Part shown: piece by piece, positions 1-12,301 of the stretch
How the letters are laid out: every line of letters begins with the position of its first letter
Position numbering within the stretch: the first letter of the stretch is position 1
Source of the DNA: Oopsacas minuta
Lineage: Eukaryota; Animalia; Porifera
Direction of reading: 5' to 3'
NCBI GenBank assembly: GCA_024704765.1
Contig: JAKMXF010000321.1
Coordinates: 1,116,001-1,180,000, forward strand
Length of the DNA: 64,000 nucleotides
Notes under the pieces: model-generated
What the model was told of the DNA's origin: nothing
Database searches by the model: none
Seen by the model: only the letters and a program-made list of their open reading frames with translations
Translations under genes and position numbers: made by a program

Positions 1-805
1 CAGAATTTTTAGTTTGTAACTGATTGTGTATTTAAGCTTTTTGTTTACAATGAATACGAGCAGAAGACAATGCACGAACCACCCAGATAACTTCTGCTAT
101 ATTTGTGGAAAATTTACGCCGAAGCCCCAGCGAAGAAATATTGCCAATCGTGTCAAGATTGGCTACAAGTATTACTTTGGTTGCAAAGTTGGTGACCAAG
201 ACAAGAACTGGGCACCTCACATCTGCTGTACCGTCTGCTATGCCAGTCTAATCCAATGGCTTAATGGAAAGAAGAAATCCATGCCATTTGCGGTACCTAT
301 GATTTGGCGAGAACTTAAAAACCATACGTCGGATTGTTATTTTTGCACAACAAATATTGCTGGATTTTCGACCTCTATACCGTGATGGAATCGCGGTATA
401 GAGGTCGATTTAACCCAAACATGATGGGGGACTACTGCTGGTTTCTCCAGCGTGAAACTGACACTGAACATGCTCGAAAGAGCAAGTGTATAAAGCACTT
501 TTGAGAGGATACAATGTTATTTTTGTCTGGTTTAATCATCCTGGGTTGTGTTAAATTGTGCAAAATGATAATTCTGTTATTTTCACTAGCAATTACTGTG
601 TTTATTACATGTAATGTTTTGTTCTGCACAGCCAAAATTAGCCAAAATGACAATTACGGGTTGTTGTGTGCATATGTCATATCTCAAAAACGTGACGTGT
701 TAGAAAAAATCTAAGGCCAGATTTGGATTCAGCATAGCCATATTAGTCTAGGTAAACTTGAAACGAGCAAGGAATAAAAGATAAGTTGTAAAATGTTGTC
801 CAGTG
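1..805 (+). mobile_element. Internally deleted Chapaev3-like (CMC superfamily) DNA transposon; left end lies upstream of the window
   Basis: ORF 26-385 encodes the N-terminal zinc-finger region (CTNHPDNFCYICG...GDQDKNWAPHICCTVC...PMIWRE...DCYFC). It is joined directly to the C-terminal tail 385-504 (MESRYRGRFNPNMMGDYCW). Both parts match the longer copy at 19963-22282. The element ends ...GTCCAGTG followed by TTA (TWA-type target). Confidence 0.75.
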
Positions 806-867
806 TTATTATTAAATTGTACAATAATTCAGATTATAGAGAGGAAGTGAATATTTATTTTTCCATA

Positions 868-1030
868 TACAGTGTAAGCTTAATACGAACACCAACGGAC
901 CGTACGGTTAAAATGTATTGGCATTTCCGGAGTTCATAAACCGGAGTATTATCCATTGAAGTACGGTTGTAGGGACCTGATTATGCACGAATATTGTTCG
1001 TCTTATCAGAAATTCGTATTAACGAGATAG
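868..1030. mobile_element. Degenerate Tigger/pogo-like MITE
   Basis: Starts TACAGTG...TTAATACGAAC; the right end carries the inverted TTCGTATTAACGAG. A related fragment lies at about 41160-41210. Confidence 0.35.
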
Positions 1031-1651
1031 TTTAAATAAATTAGTAAAATTACGCTAAGCAAAAAATAAAATAAAATACCGCCCCCCGCCCTTATTCGCA
1101 GAAAAAAATGGATGAGAAACAAGTAATTTATTTTACATGGCCTTATGAAAATTTATTACAATTGAATATTGGTTAGTTCTATTGAATTATTGAAGAAACA
1201 TATATTTTATCCTGAAAAATTACTAAAAGGTGAAGTTATGTCTATCCCCCTATAATATAGTATCATATCCCGATTAGTATCACTAATATGTCAATACGTA
1301 ATGGAATCAATTAGATATTAACTGGTATCTCGAGCTAGTGCTAATAGAACCTTCCACAAAATCAAAATTTGTAGATCACCCCTTATCCCGTGCCAATGGA
1401 ATTGTCTTTCTAACAAAAAGTTTGTACATACCGAAAAGGCTTACAACCGGCGTTCTTATAACCCGTACTCTTCTAATACAAAAACTATTGTAAGAAAATC
1501 GGTACAGGATTGAGAAATGGTTCATTACCGATATCCACTGTACAATTACTTTAGAGGATATATGCTATCAAGAGTAAGAGTAGTTATAAATTGTGATAAT
1601 TTTCATACTATCCCATTATTTGGTAATAAAATATCATATCTATCTTTAGCA

Positions 1652-2502
1652 ATGGGATCTCCACAGCATCGACCCTCCTGCTTTCAACCCGGAGAGCTCA
1701 CCACTATCAGGGAAATAGCACAGCAACAGCAATTGCTGTCTAGAATGAATCTCAGTGATGAACCATTTTACTCACACTCTCATCAGGGTTCTCAGGACTC
1801 AGGTATGAAATTACCGTAACATTGTACAATTATCAACTGTCTTGCTAATACAATAATACTCAATACTGTAAGTCAGTGTTTCTCGACTTTTTCTAACTAC
1901 GGCAAACTTATTTCATTTATAATATTCAAGGCACACTTGTCTAAGGTAAATTCAATTTCAAACCGCAATGGAAAGATGTCCTTGAATTTTACCAAATATA
2001 TGCAAATATTGCTCTTAAAGGAGCAGTTTTCTTGACTATAGCACTTTCATTTCCAGAGGGCCCGAAACTAAGCCCCTGAAAACATTTTGGGCAAATTTGT
2101 ATTCTGCCAGTGACATTCTGAAGCACACAAGTATGCCGCTGTAGTAAGGCAATGTATGAACGATTCTACATAACGTATTGTGATCTAGGTATCGGGATAA
2201 TTGTAGCAGATAACACTGTAGAATCTATTCAGCCTGGAGAAGACTTTTTGCTGTCAAAACTAGATAATCCTCACACACAGTTATTGCCACATGATTCAAT
2301 TCCTTTTCCAGGATCTAACACTACATTGCATGATGAACCATACTTAATTGAAAATCCAGAAGTATCAGAATTTCAGCTCCACTTCCAGTCTACCTCCCCC
2401 ACACATTATGACGTATCTAAGCTGCAAGCTTCCATCTCAACTGAAATGCTCCTTGACGCAGTGACTGCAGTAGACCCAATTACACCACAGGGCCAGCCTT
2501 AA
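1652..2502 (+). CDS. Candidate two-exon ORF (1652-1802 + 2189-2502, about 154 aa), no recognisable domain
   Basis: Donor CAG|GTATGA at 1803 and acceptor CTAG|GT at 2188 are phase-compatible (phase 1) and join two ORF-track ORFs. The product is low-complexity (Q/P/S-rich). Confidence 0.3.
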
Positions 2503-3015
2503 CTCTTCTCAATTTTCTAATTTGTCAGTACTCTTTAACTGACTGCCATAAGCGATCTATAAGCAACAACTCAACTGAAATTCTATCACTTTGTCCAAAT
2601 TACTTAGATATTTGCTTTTTTGCCCATTAGGCTGTGTATATTTTGAAGTCTGTTATCCCTTTCTGTTCTCAACTGGCGAGTGATGGACATCCCATTCATG
2701 ACAATATTTTAGAATTGTAATACTTCCCTAATAGTTATTCTCTACATTACTAATTGATTTATACATTAAACTACTTTGTATTTAATTCAATGAAAGCCGA
2801 TGGGAATAACATAAATTTATAGCATTATCATCTCCGTATTTATTTCTAGGAATGCTTAAAACAATTATCTGTCATTACACTAGCACAAAAAGTCAAAACT
2901 ATCATCCTAAATCAGAGAGCATCTCAACATAGGCTGTGAAGCTCCTAGAATATATGAAGCGGGATTATTGGTTCATCCACAGCACTCTAATACACTAATG
3001 CAGCGGTTCCCAATT

Positions 3016-3278
3016 TTCTGGTAATATGGTCTCCTGGATATTTGGCCCGGGGACCATATGTACCAAATCGTCATAGGTTTTGGTACAAATGGACCCCTTA
3101 GTTAATATTTACGATTTTAAGCGAAAGGTCAAGGGAAGCCAAATACATAAATGAAGCCAAATTCAATTGTTACTAAAAGTGCTTCGTAATTAAGGGGGAC
3201 CATTTGTACCAATATATTTGACTATTTGGTACATATGGTCTCCCGGACCAAATATCCAGGGGACCATATTTACCAGAA
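3016..3278. mobile_element. MITE with about 53-bp inverted repeats
   Basis: TTCTGGTAATATGGTCTCCTGGATATTTGGCCCGGGGACCATATGTACCAAAT (3016-3068) is the near-perfect reverse complement of 3224-3278. GGACC-motif relatives lie at about 22830-22975. Confidence 0.6.
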
Positions 3279-3989
3279 CACCAACCTGGGGTACATATAC
3301 CTCTAGGTCGTCCACATACTGTGTTATAATTGATAGGTCCCGAAAAAAATGGGCTATTTTTTCGGCACCAGGATTGGTTAAACGAGTTTAGGATTATTAT
3401 TTCAGAAACAGTGCACTTTTGGTCGAATGAATGTATTACATACTTGTAGAATACATCGTCACCAGTCACCACATTAAAGCAAAAATTTAGTCAACATATG
3501 GCTATTTATTTGCTTAGTAAGCATTCATTAACTTCTAGGATATAATACGTATATTCGGTTAATCGAATAGTCTCATTCCGCACAGTTTATTTAGTGTTCC
3601 TATGATTTTAAGAGGTACGAAAATATAGATACACGAATTATGCTAGTCATCAGGTACCTTTGAGAATTATATTTTAGAAGATATTTCTAAATTCAATTGT
3701 TAGGTAATATTTGCAATTTTAGCCACAAAACATCATTGATTGTATTATAGAATAATTGTAGTGGTTAACCGGTAATATTGGAAAGGTTTTAACCACGCCC
3801 TTAATTCAGTTAACCAACCCCAGCCCTGTATAGAAATACGAAATGATCTGGAGGTGTGGGGGCAATTAGATATTTCCAATTGAAACTAAACAAATGATGC
3901 ATACAGGTTAACCATTGTAAAGCAAGTCATTGGACCTTACAGTTAACTGTCTGTACTATTCATAGACCACCAAATATATCTTATGAGTC

Positions 3990-4750
3990 AAGTAAATTCG
4001 TCTGCTGTGTGAGGACATCCGATTCTTATCAGGAAGAAATGTACTTATATTAGGGGACTTCAGCGTTAAGAAATAGATCGGTAATTACACACTGTCTCAA
4101 ATAATACTGATTCAGTAGAGGAATTCCTGAATGTAATAAATGATCTATTTTTACTCCGCATATCTCAAGTCCTACAAGAGGGATCTCATCGAGTACGTTA
4201 GAAATAAGAGAAGGATCAATTCTTGATCTTGCATTACTAGATACCCCTATCTGTTATGGAGTTGAAATATTCCCCCCCCTCTTTACAAAATAAATATAGA
4301 ATTAGTAAATAGTGGACCGAAAACTCATTGCTTTCGAATTTTCCAACCTTTGGATGTATAATGGAACAAATTTCTATCAGTATATAATTCGATAGTGGCT
4401 CTCGTTGCTTAGCAAAACTAGGGATCAATATCACTAACATCAGTGATCTGCAAATACTGGAATCCTTGATTAAGCCGAATATACTTGTATTAGATATCTT
4501 AACCAATATGTGTATCATTCTGACCAACATGAGTTTTACCTCGGAAATCACAAATTTACTAAGAAACCCTAGTTGACTGGACCTATTCTATTGACAACGG
4601 AATCCCAGTTGACGTTATTTATAGACTTCAAGAAGGCATTTGATAAAGTCCAACATGGAATTATTTTAGATAAATAGGATTCAGTTGGAATCAATAGTAG
4701 TTTACTCAAATGGCTCAGTGAATTTCTTATTGGTCGGACGCAACAAGTAT
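3990..4750 (+). mobile_element. Decayed CR1/L2-type LINE (endonuclease and RT remnants)
   Basis: Fragments translate to ILGDF, ILDL and IDNGIPVDVIY/DFKKAFDKVQHGIILDK*DSVGINSSLLKWLSEFLIGRTQQV, with stops and frameshifts. Confidence 0.75.
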
Positions 4751-4844
4751 CAGATTTACCTTGATTATCCATTTTGGGTTTAACTTGCTTAGAGTTAAGA
4801 TGTTGGAGGGCAAACTTGATTCCAATCTGGAAATATTTAAATAA

Positions 4845-5277
4845 CGAGCCTTTGTCTCACCACTTCACGATGAACTCGGCGCATTGCATCTCGAGGTATC
4901 CACCATTCTTCAAATTGACGGCACCTTTGAGTATTATAATATAGATATATTTAGAAAAATGTAATTCACAAATATATGTATATATGGGATATATAATATT
5001 GAACTGTTTTGTAAGATCAACCCCATTTGTAGCCGTTAAGAGCAAGAATCTGCGTAAATTTTGAGATATTGCTAATTTCTTTCCTTTATATTCATAAAAA
5101 CAACAATAAATTTACATATGATTAATCCAAAAGTGTGAAAATCGGATTCCGCATGTTCGATATATTTAGTGAAGTTTTATTGAATTCTATTTACTTCCTT
5201 GATAAACACGTTAAATACATAGTTATGTGACAATTTCAGAATTGCATACCGTAAATCCTTTCCTTGACAACGGACAT
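4845..5277 (-). mobile_element. Non-autonomous Helitron-like repeat (family A), copy lacking its extreme 5' end
   Basis: Reverse complement of most of 23370-23809; the near-identical spurious ORFs 4857-5045 and 23609-23830 come from this repeat. Confidence 0.65.
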
Positions 5278-5805
5278 CTATGTTTGAGTGTCTAAGATTC
5301 AAAAAATTTTCTGGTGACTTGTGCCCCTGACCCCCCCTTACCGTCGCTCGCTTCACTCGCTCCAGAGCTCCTCCTCACGATGATCCCAGATACGCCACTG
5401 GACAATAATAGATATCTTCACAAAAGTTCCTATATTAAGTTTTGTTTCCATCTAAGCACTAGAATAATATATGTATATGTAAGTGTAGGAATCCATGTGT
5501 CTGAAAACCTTACAAGTGAGAAGGTGATTTCTGAATTTGGGAAAAATAATTTTAAAACCTCCGAAACTACTGAAAACTTTGAATTATAGTTTGAACTGAT
5601 GGGGCCTCGCCCATATTCTTGAACCAGGGCCCCCCCCCCTAACCTTAGTTACGCCACTGATATAGATCAATCGAACTGAAATTGATATTCCTACGATTTG
5701 CTAATCCAACACAAATTTCATGTCCCACCGAGTGTCGGACTATGCAAGTTCCACAGTATTCGTGTTGGTTCGAGACTTAACAGAATTCCATAAGTTATGT
5801 ATGTA

Positions 5806-6286
5806 CAATGCAACCTCTATAAATGGGGAACCTATATACTCGGGGCAATTTTCCTCCACCTCCATTCATTTCCATAAATAAGAACCTCTATAAGCGGGAG
5901 TGGGGAATGGGGCATAGTTTAGAGAAAATTATGCCTCACACCATTGGAATTTACCTCTTTAAGTGGGAAATTCTACGAAAATTTTCTTAGATAATCAATT
6001 TTTGTGCTAAATTTTGATAAAAAAACTATGTACTTACCGCTATGAAGAATTGAAATTTTTGGTTTCTCAGAAGAAAATTTCCTACAAATTAATATATTCA
6101 CACAACAACCTCACGGCACATTATTTTACTATATATCATTGAAATAACAGTAATTGGAAGAAGTGCCTATAAATAATATCTGGTAAAGAACATTTACTTT
6201 TGAATTATGATTGGTGAATGGGGAGTGAGCAGGAGATTCACCGGCCCGACCTTCCGGGACCGCCTCCATTTATAGAGGTTCTACTG
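5806..6286. mobile_element. Tigger/pogo-like MITE
   Basis: TA|CAATGCAACCTCTATAAATGG ... CCATTTATAGAGGTTCTACTG|TA gives TIRs plus a TA TSD. Related ends occur near 15250, 23950, 30370, 32620, 53355 and 53835. Confidence 0.7.
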
Positions 6287-6849
6287 TATCTTATATTCAA
6301 TTCTTGATAATGCAAAATTCTGCATTATACTTCATTTATAGCTATGGCTATATGTATAGGTTAGGTCTGAGCAAGTCCTGCTACTAGTGAAATTAGGCAG
6401 TAGGGTAGCGCAACTTTATCAAGTGTAGATATTATTTTCCATTAGAAAATATCATATGCCTGAAATTGCTGTAAGCACCAGCAAAAATACCGAATTTCAA
6501 CATGCATCACTAAAATCTGGCAAAATTTGCATTATTCTACATTTTAGGCCTATTTTTAAGGAACATTTTGATTTTGTACAGTGGAATTTCAAAAAATTAT
6601 CTGCCCTCGCTCTATGGAGCATATTTATTCGCCAAAAAAACGCGAAAAAATATGCGCGCACAAATGACATAGAGTGGCAAACAACAAATTTGTTACAGTT
6701 CCCCAACTTTATAAGGTCATAACTCGGTCAGTTTTTATGTTTCGTACGTGGATTTATTAAATGCCCTGATTATCCTCTATCTTCCTGTATGGGACGCTTC
6801 TACAGTATGACACTGTTAGAGTTAGTGATACGAGATTTCTCTCCCTTCA

Positions 6850-8940
6850 TCTGGACATTCAGGTGTTGGTCGATAATCCTTTTGACTAAGGGTTGCGTTG
6901 TATTGCGGGAAATTCGAACTCATGGGGACAAATCTTGGTCGGGTTGAACACACCAAGACCTCCATATTTTGCAGACAGAAAAAAGTTTACCCTCAGAGTC
7001 ACTGAAGCTAAACTGAAGAAGTGAGGGTAGAACACATCTTTAATGCAGTCTTCAAGGGGTTGATAAAGATAGGATATGTCTCCCATGGTGCACATTAGAT
7101 GCATCCACCGTTTAGATAGCCCAAATATGTATGTGGCATATGCAAACTGTGGTTCTCTCTTAACAAGTACAGAAGGAAATTTAAGTTCCTTAAACCAATC
7201 TTCAACCTTTTCCTTAACATAAGTCTCTTTAAACTGAATACTTCCTATCGCAGCGCCAATATACCTCCGACCACTAGTTGTGATACATATCACGGTGTCT
7301 TTGAATATTTCGGTTGCCTCATTTAGGAATTCCGGTTTAACAACAAGCCAGGTTTTATTAAGGTTTGGGAAATAACCTAGACCAGAGCCACCTTGATTTT
7401 AGAAATTTAGTAAGCCAGCAGTAGCTGAAACATCAGCATGCCATATTTGTTTACATGAAATACAAGATTGGTAAAATGCTGAGTAAGTAAAACCCAGAGG
7501 CACAATTGTCTCCCTGTGTCGTACCCTCATTAGATAAAATATGTTTTCCATTATTTAAGTACAGTAAAGCAGGTTCTTGGTATGTGTTTATGATAAAAAC
7601 GGAAAAAACTTTGACATATTTGCTGAATGTTCAATAGTGATGTTGCCCTGTTTAAGCTATTATAAGCATTCGTAGCATCAACAAGTAAAATGGCTTCACA
7701 ATCCTCCTCCTCAAACATTGTGTAAGAGTGTGCACGGCATTTTCACAGGGTCCAACAGCATTAATCATACCACCCCTGATTAACGTGGTCACGCCTTTCC
7801 AATTTTCTTCTTAACACTTCTCCTACACCTATAGGTCTATCTCCAGGGTACTTGTCTAATGTATAATATTGCATGAAAGTAGTGCCTGAATAGAGGTGTA
7901 GGGTCAACAAATTCAGTACATAGACGGCGACACATACCTGCAACTGAGTTACAAGTATCATGAGTTGTCTTGTCGAAAGATTTAGAACAAAGGAATCTTC
8001 TCCATGTATCTGAATTAACTCTTGGTTCTATAGACCTTTTGTTGTCATAGCAGCTCTGTGGATTGCCTCTGCATCAATGTTTTCATAGATAACTGATTGT
8101 ACTTTTGGCAGTGGTTTGTTGGTGATAAAATGATTATGACAAGGAGGATCAGCGTTTGGATACTTATTTTCAGGATTTTCATAACTTCAGGAGTGGTATT
8201 AAGAGGCTGAGATGGATTGCTGCCAAGCCAATTAAGAGCTGCTGCTACTCTACCATGGAGCATGAGTCCTGCAAATACTTTAGCAATATTTTCGGGTCTG
8301 CGATTACCGTTGATTTGTCGCTTTGAAATGGCTTTATATTCCTCCATAAGACTGAGGTACTTTCCTTTCTGTCAATTGTCTAACATAGTAAAAGGTGTCT
8401 AATGTGGTCACAGTTTTCCTTGACTTACTGAGTTTTTAAGCATCAATGGAATAAAAGTATGGATTGAAGGAAGGGCTGCAGATTCTAGGGTTATTTTATT
8501 TGTCCATGAGTTGATGAACCAAGTCAATTCTACAGTGAAGGTTCTATCACCAGTTCCTGAGCTGATGGAAGTTTACACGGATTTGTTTTCCAGGTTATAC
8601 CTTATCAAGAACGTGATTAAGCTGTTTGATGATATCAGTCCCTGCAAGGTTACCCCACTTGGCAGATGAAATGTCATTAGATAAAAAAATGAGTGAGGTG
8701 TAGAACAGTCTGTCTTTGCTAACCACTTAGAATTTGGATTTATAGAAAGATCAGTAAACTCTGCAACTGAAGTAACACATAAAGGATGAAACCATTTGTT
8801 ACATCCGAGACCGTCGTACCCCAGAGATTCTGGCTTAGAGTGCAAATACATATTACAAGTACAACATAACCAACCCGAATGCTCAGAATTGTTAGCACGG
8901 CTTGCTGTGGACGTGGAATTCGAATAGGCTTGCTCTAAAC
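6850..8940 (-). mobile_element. Decayed CRE-like non-LTR retrotransposon
   Basis: Minus-strand fragments occur in RT order: AKVFAGLMLHGRVAAAL, DKYPGDRPIGVGEVLRR, EGTTQGDNCA, WHADVSATAG (YADD box), GYFPNLNKTWLVVK, GRRYIGAAIG, AKYGGLGVFNP. A Cys/His-rich segment lies at the 5' end. Confidence 0.75.
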
Positions 8941-8959
8941 GGCTACCCAGAGGTAACTA

Positions 8960-9269
8960 AGTACGTTGAATCCGAATTTCGCACCCTCAAGGTTCTCGTA
9001 TATAAATTTATTGTTGTTTTTATGAATATACAGTAAACAAATTAGCAAAATCTCAAATTTATGTAGATACTTGCTCTCAACGGCTACTAAGGGGGGTTGA
9101 TCTTACAAAATAATTCAATGATATATATGCCATATACTTATAATTGTGAATTACATTGTTCTAAATATACCTATATTATAATACTCAATGGGGCTGTCAA
9201 TTTGTAGAATAATGGATACCTCGAGACGCAATATGCCGAGTTCATCGCGATGCGAGGGCCAAAGGCTCG
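8960..9269 (+). mobile_element. Helitron-like family A, 3' fragment
   Basis: Homologous to 23505-23809; ends TCGCGATGCGA-GGGCCAAAGG-CTCG|T. Confidence 0.6.
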
Positions 9270-9927
9270 TAATCTATACAATTAGGATGTTGAGTTGTGG
9301 GGACCCTGCTCGGTCGCACACTCCTAAATCTGCCACTGATGGAGGGCAGGGTATCAGAGTATATGTATTGTTCAATATTGACGAAATTTTGGCCATGGTA
9401 TAATAGAGTGTCGGCCAAGTAGTACTTCTAGAGTCTAGACTGACTAGACTCCCAAGAAATTATGCCTTGCGCCACCCATAGCCACTTAATAGTTAATATA
9501 AATATATGGCTGTGTATGTCACCGAGAAGCCCGTTTGGAAATGTGTTTTCACCACATATCTCGAGAAATATGCAGGATTGAGTTTCGGTATGTATTAGTG
9601 ACATAAAGAATATTATATCAAAGTATGCATTCCAATTGTCCAAAATATGATTTCTCATTATGCGTTTTCGCAAAGGCTATTTTTAGAACGAAAAATGTTG
9701 CTTCACAAACTGCGTTTAATCAAAACATGTTCTCTGTGTTTTAATGCTTGACAGTTGTATAATATGACAGAGGCGAATAGTTAAATTGAAATTGTTATTT
9801 GGCATCTGTCAAAGTGTTGGATAATGAAAACTACTGATCATCGAGGTTATTTATACATCGTGGAATAGGAACCGGGACCAGATGGCATGTTCCGATAATC
9901 TAATAGTTTATTCAGATAATTTAGGTT

Positions 9928-12205
9928 AAGGGTGCTCAAACGGTGGCCCGCGAGGCCATTCGCTGTCGCCCGTGGATAATTTTCTTGTTTTCAATATTCA
10001 AAGTAGATTGACGTGCTCAATCGTCAGATAAAAATTGTTTTTTTCTAATCACCATATAGAAATTATTATATATACTCTGTAAATGCATCACTGTTCCTAG
10101 TATGAAAAATGTATTTAGTAACTATAGTTGCATTTGAATGTAATATTATCTAGCCAACTGAATTCAATTATTTTGGCAACTGAACTAAAAATTCAATTAT
10201 TTAGGCAACCGAACTGAAAAGTCAAGCAGGCCCAAAAGAGGGACTTGTTATTCATTCGATTAGGAGCGTTACCTTAGAGAGACACTATTAGCGAAGACTT
10301 GTTAATGTAGAAGAATATCTAGTAATTAACCATATTTTCTATTTCAGAATTACTTGCTAGTAATTATTGACTGTTTAGAACCAAACCTAGAAGTTACTAA
10401 TGTAATAATGTTTCTATACATTTTTAACATTCTGGTCTGAGTATATGAATCCACACTACAAAGGGATATGTTGAAATGATACCAATATATATCAGGGCGT
10501 TCAATAAGTCTTGCGGGTCATGATATATCTTAGGAATTAGTCAAGTAATATATCTAACTTTCATATATTATAAGCCCATATAGTTAAACTCCATATACTG
10601 AAAGTTTCAAGCTTATTCAATACAAATTATGAATTTTTGAGATAATTACGTGTAGTCAATTTATACCCACTGTTGAATTTATGGCTTCAAAGGATGATAA
10701 TGTCAACCTCAAATGGCGAGCTTACATAGAGTTTCGCACAATACTCAAGATCTAGCCCGTACAGATCTTCAGCGAGTTACAGGAGATATTGTGCGTGGAT
10801 TGCCCTTCCAGATTTACTGTAGAGCGATGGGCTGCCCGTTTTAGATCTGGTGATGCTGATGTCACAGATTTGCCTCGATCTGGAAGACCGGTATCCGCCA
10901 CCACTTCAGAGAATATCGCAGTCATTGAAAGTATGGTCATGGAAGACAAGTGCATTACTGTCAATCAGTTAGAACAAAGTATGGAGATTTCATCGGGAGC
11001 TATTCATACAATTCTGACCACTGAGCTTGGCTACCGATCGATTTGTGGGAAATGGGTGCCGCATAAGCTCAGTGAGAATCAAAGGTTGGCACGACTGAAT
11101 ATTGCCAAGAAACTCTTGGAAACTTATGAGAACTGCGATTCTAGACGCCTAACAGAGATTATTACTGGTGACGAGATGTGGGTGTACTATTCAACACCAT
11201 CTAGCAAGTATATGAAGCGATCATGGGTGAGGGGCGACGAACAACCGGCGAAAATTCCTAGGCCCGACTTCAGAAAACCTAAGATTATGTATACCATCTT
11301 CTTCAGTAGTCATGGAATTGTCTTTCAATTACCTTGTGAGAGTGGCAAGGCTGTTACTGCTACTTTCTTTACAGAGCAAGTGCTTCCAAATTTGATAAAA
11401 AATATAGAAAAGTACCGCCCGAAAACCGGAACTCGAGGAATGAAGATTTTAATTGATAACGCCAGTTCCCATACAGCTAAGCTTACCAAAAATTTCTTGG
11501 ATGTAGAAGGGTTAGAATTACTTCCCCAACCACCATACTCAGGGTGGAAAGGTTAAAACTTTGTGTATCTGCAGGAGGGGATTACTTTGAATAAATAATA
11601 TAGTGAATTATTGTGTATGATATCACCCGAAAGACTTATTGAACGCCCTAGTAGGGCGTATAATTTTAACCATTTGCCAAATTAATTGCTTTGTTTGCCA
11701 AAATAATTCAATTTTCAGTTCAGTTGCCAAAATAATTGAATTCATTTGTCAAGTTAATGGTGCATCCATTGCATTTACAAATTCCACAATTATTAGAGCT
11801 ACACAAGTATAACGTAGGTCGTAGGATATTGATTTATTAGTTAAATCCAAGCAATATCATCACTCTCATTAGCTAAATTTCGTAGTTTAGGTAGATTTTT
11901 CTGCAATGTTATTCTATTATGAACAATACATTGTACCCCAAATCTAGGTTTAGTACTATTGTCCACTTGCTAGAAAACAAGGTGAGTTCAAAAGAGACAT
12001 CAAATGATTCGAATCCATTTAAAAGGTTAGAATTTAAGTCAATAACCTGAATTTACAAGTAGAATCCATTGTTAATGCAATATGAGGTCAAATAATAAAG
12101 CTTGAAAGTTGATTTAACTAAAGTCAAAGGCGATCTATGATTTGTGGCCCGTGGGGCGGAGCCTAATTTTTAAAGTGGCTCGTAGATTTAAAAGTTGAAC
12201 ACAGG
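9928..12205. mobile_element. hAT (Charlie-like) non-autonomous element hosting a mariner insertion
   Basis: Left end AGGGTGCTCAAAC..GGCCCGCGAGGCC; right end GGCCCGTG..GGCTCG..AAAAGTTGAACAC. Internal inverted repeats at about 10159-10208 and 11693-11745. Confidence 0.45.
10492..11651 (+). mobile_element. mariner element, defective
   Basis: TIRs (AGGGCGTTCAATAAGTCTT) flanked by TA. Transposase from ATG 10681 has an in-frame TAG at 10753. WVPHKL, TGDE and IDNA are present, but PYS jumps directly to the C-terminal tail, deleting the third catalytic Asp. Confidence 0.9.
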
Positions 12206-12301
12206 TAGATATTTCTCTTTAGAGCTGAGACAATATTAATTTACTTATAAATTATACTGATTCTAACATGATGGTACTACTAGTTGTTAGTTTTTTAGAA
12301 A

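Noticed and set aside
4857-5045. Duplicated small 'gene' MLLTATNGVDL (also 23609-23830)
   Set aside because: Spurious ORF inside Helitron-like repeat family A.
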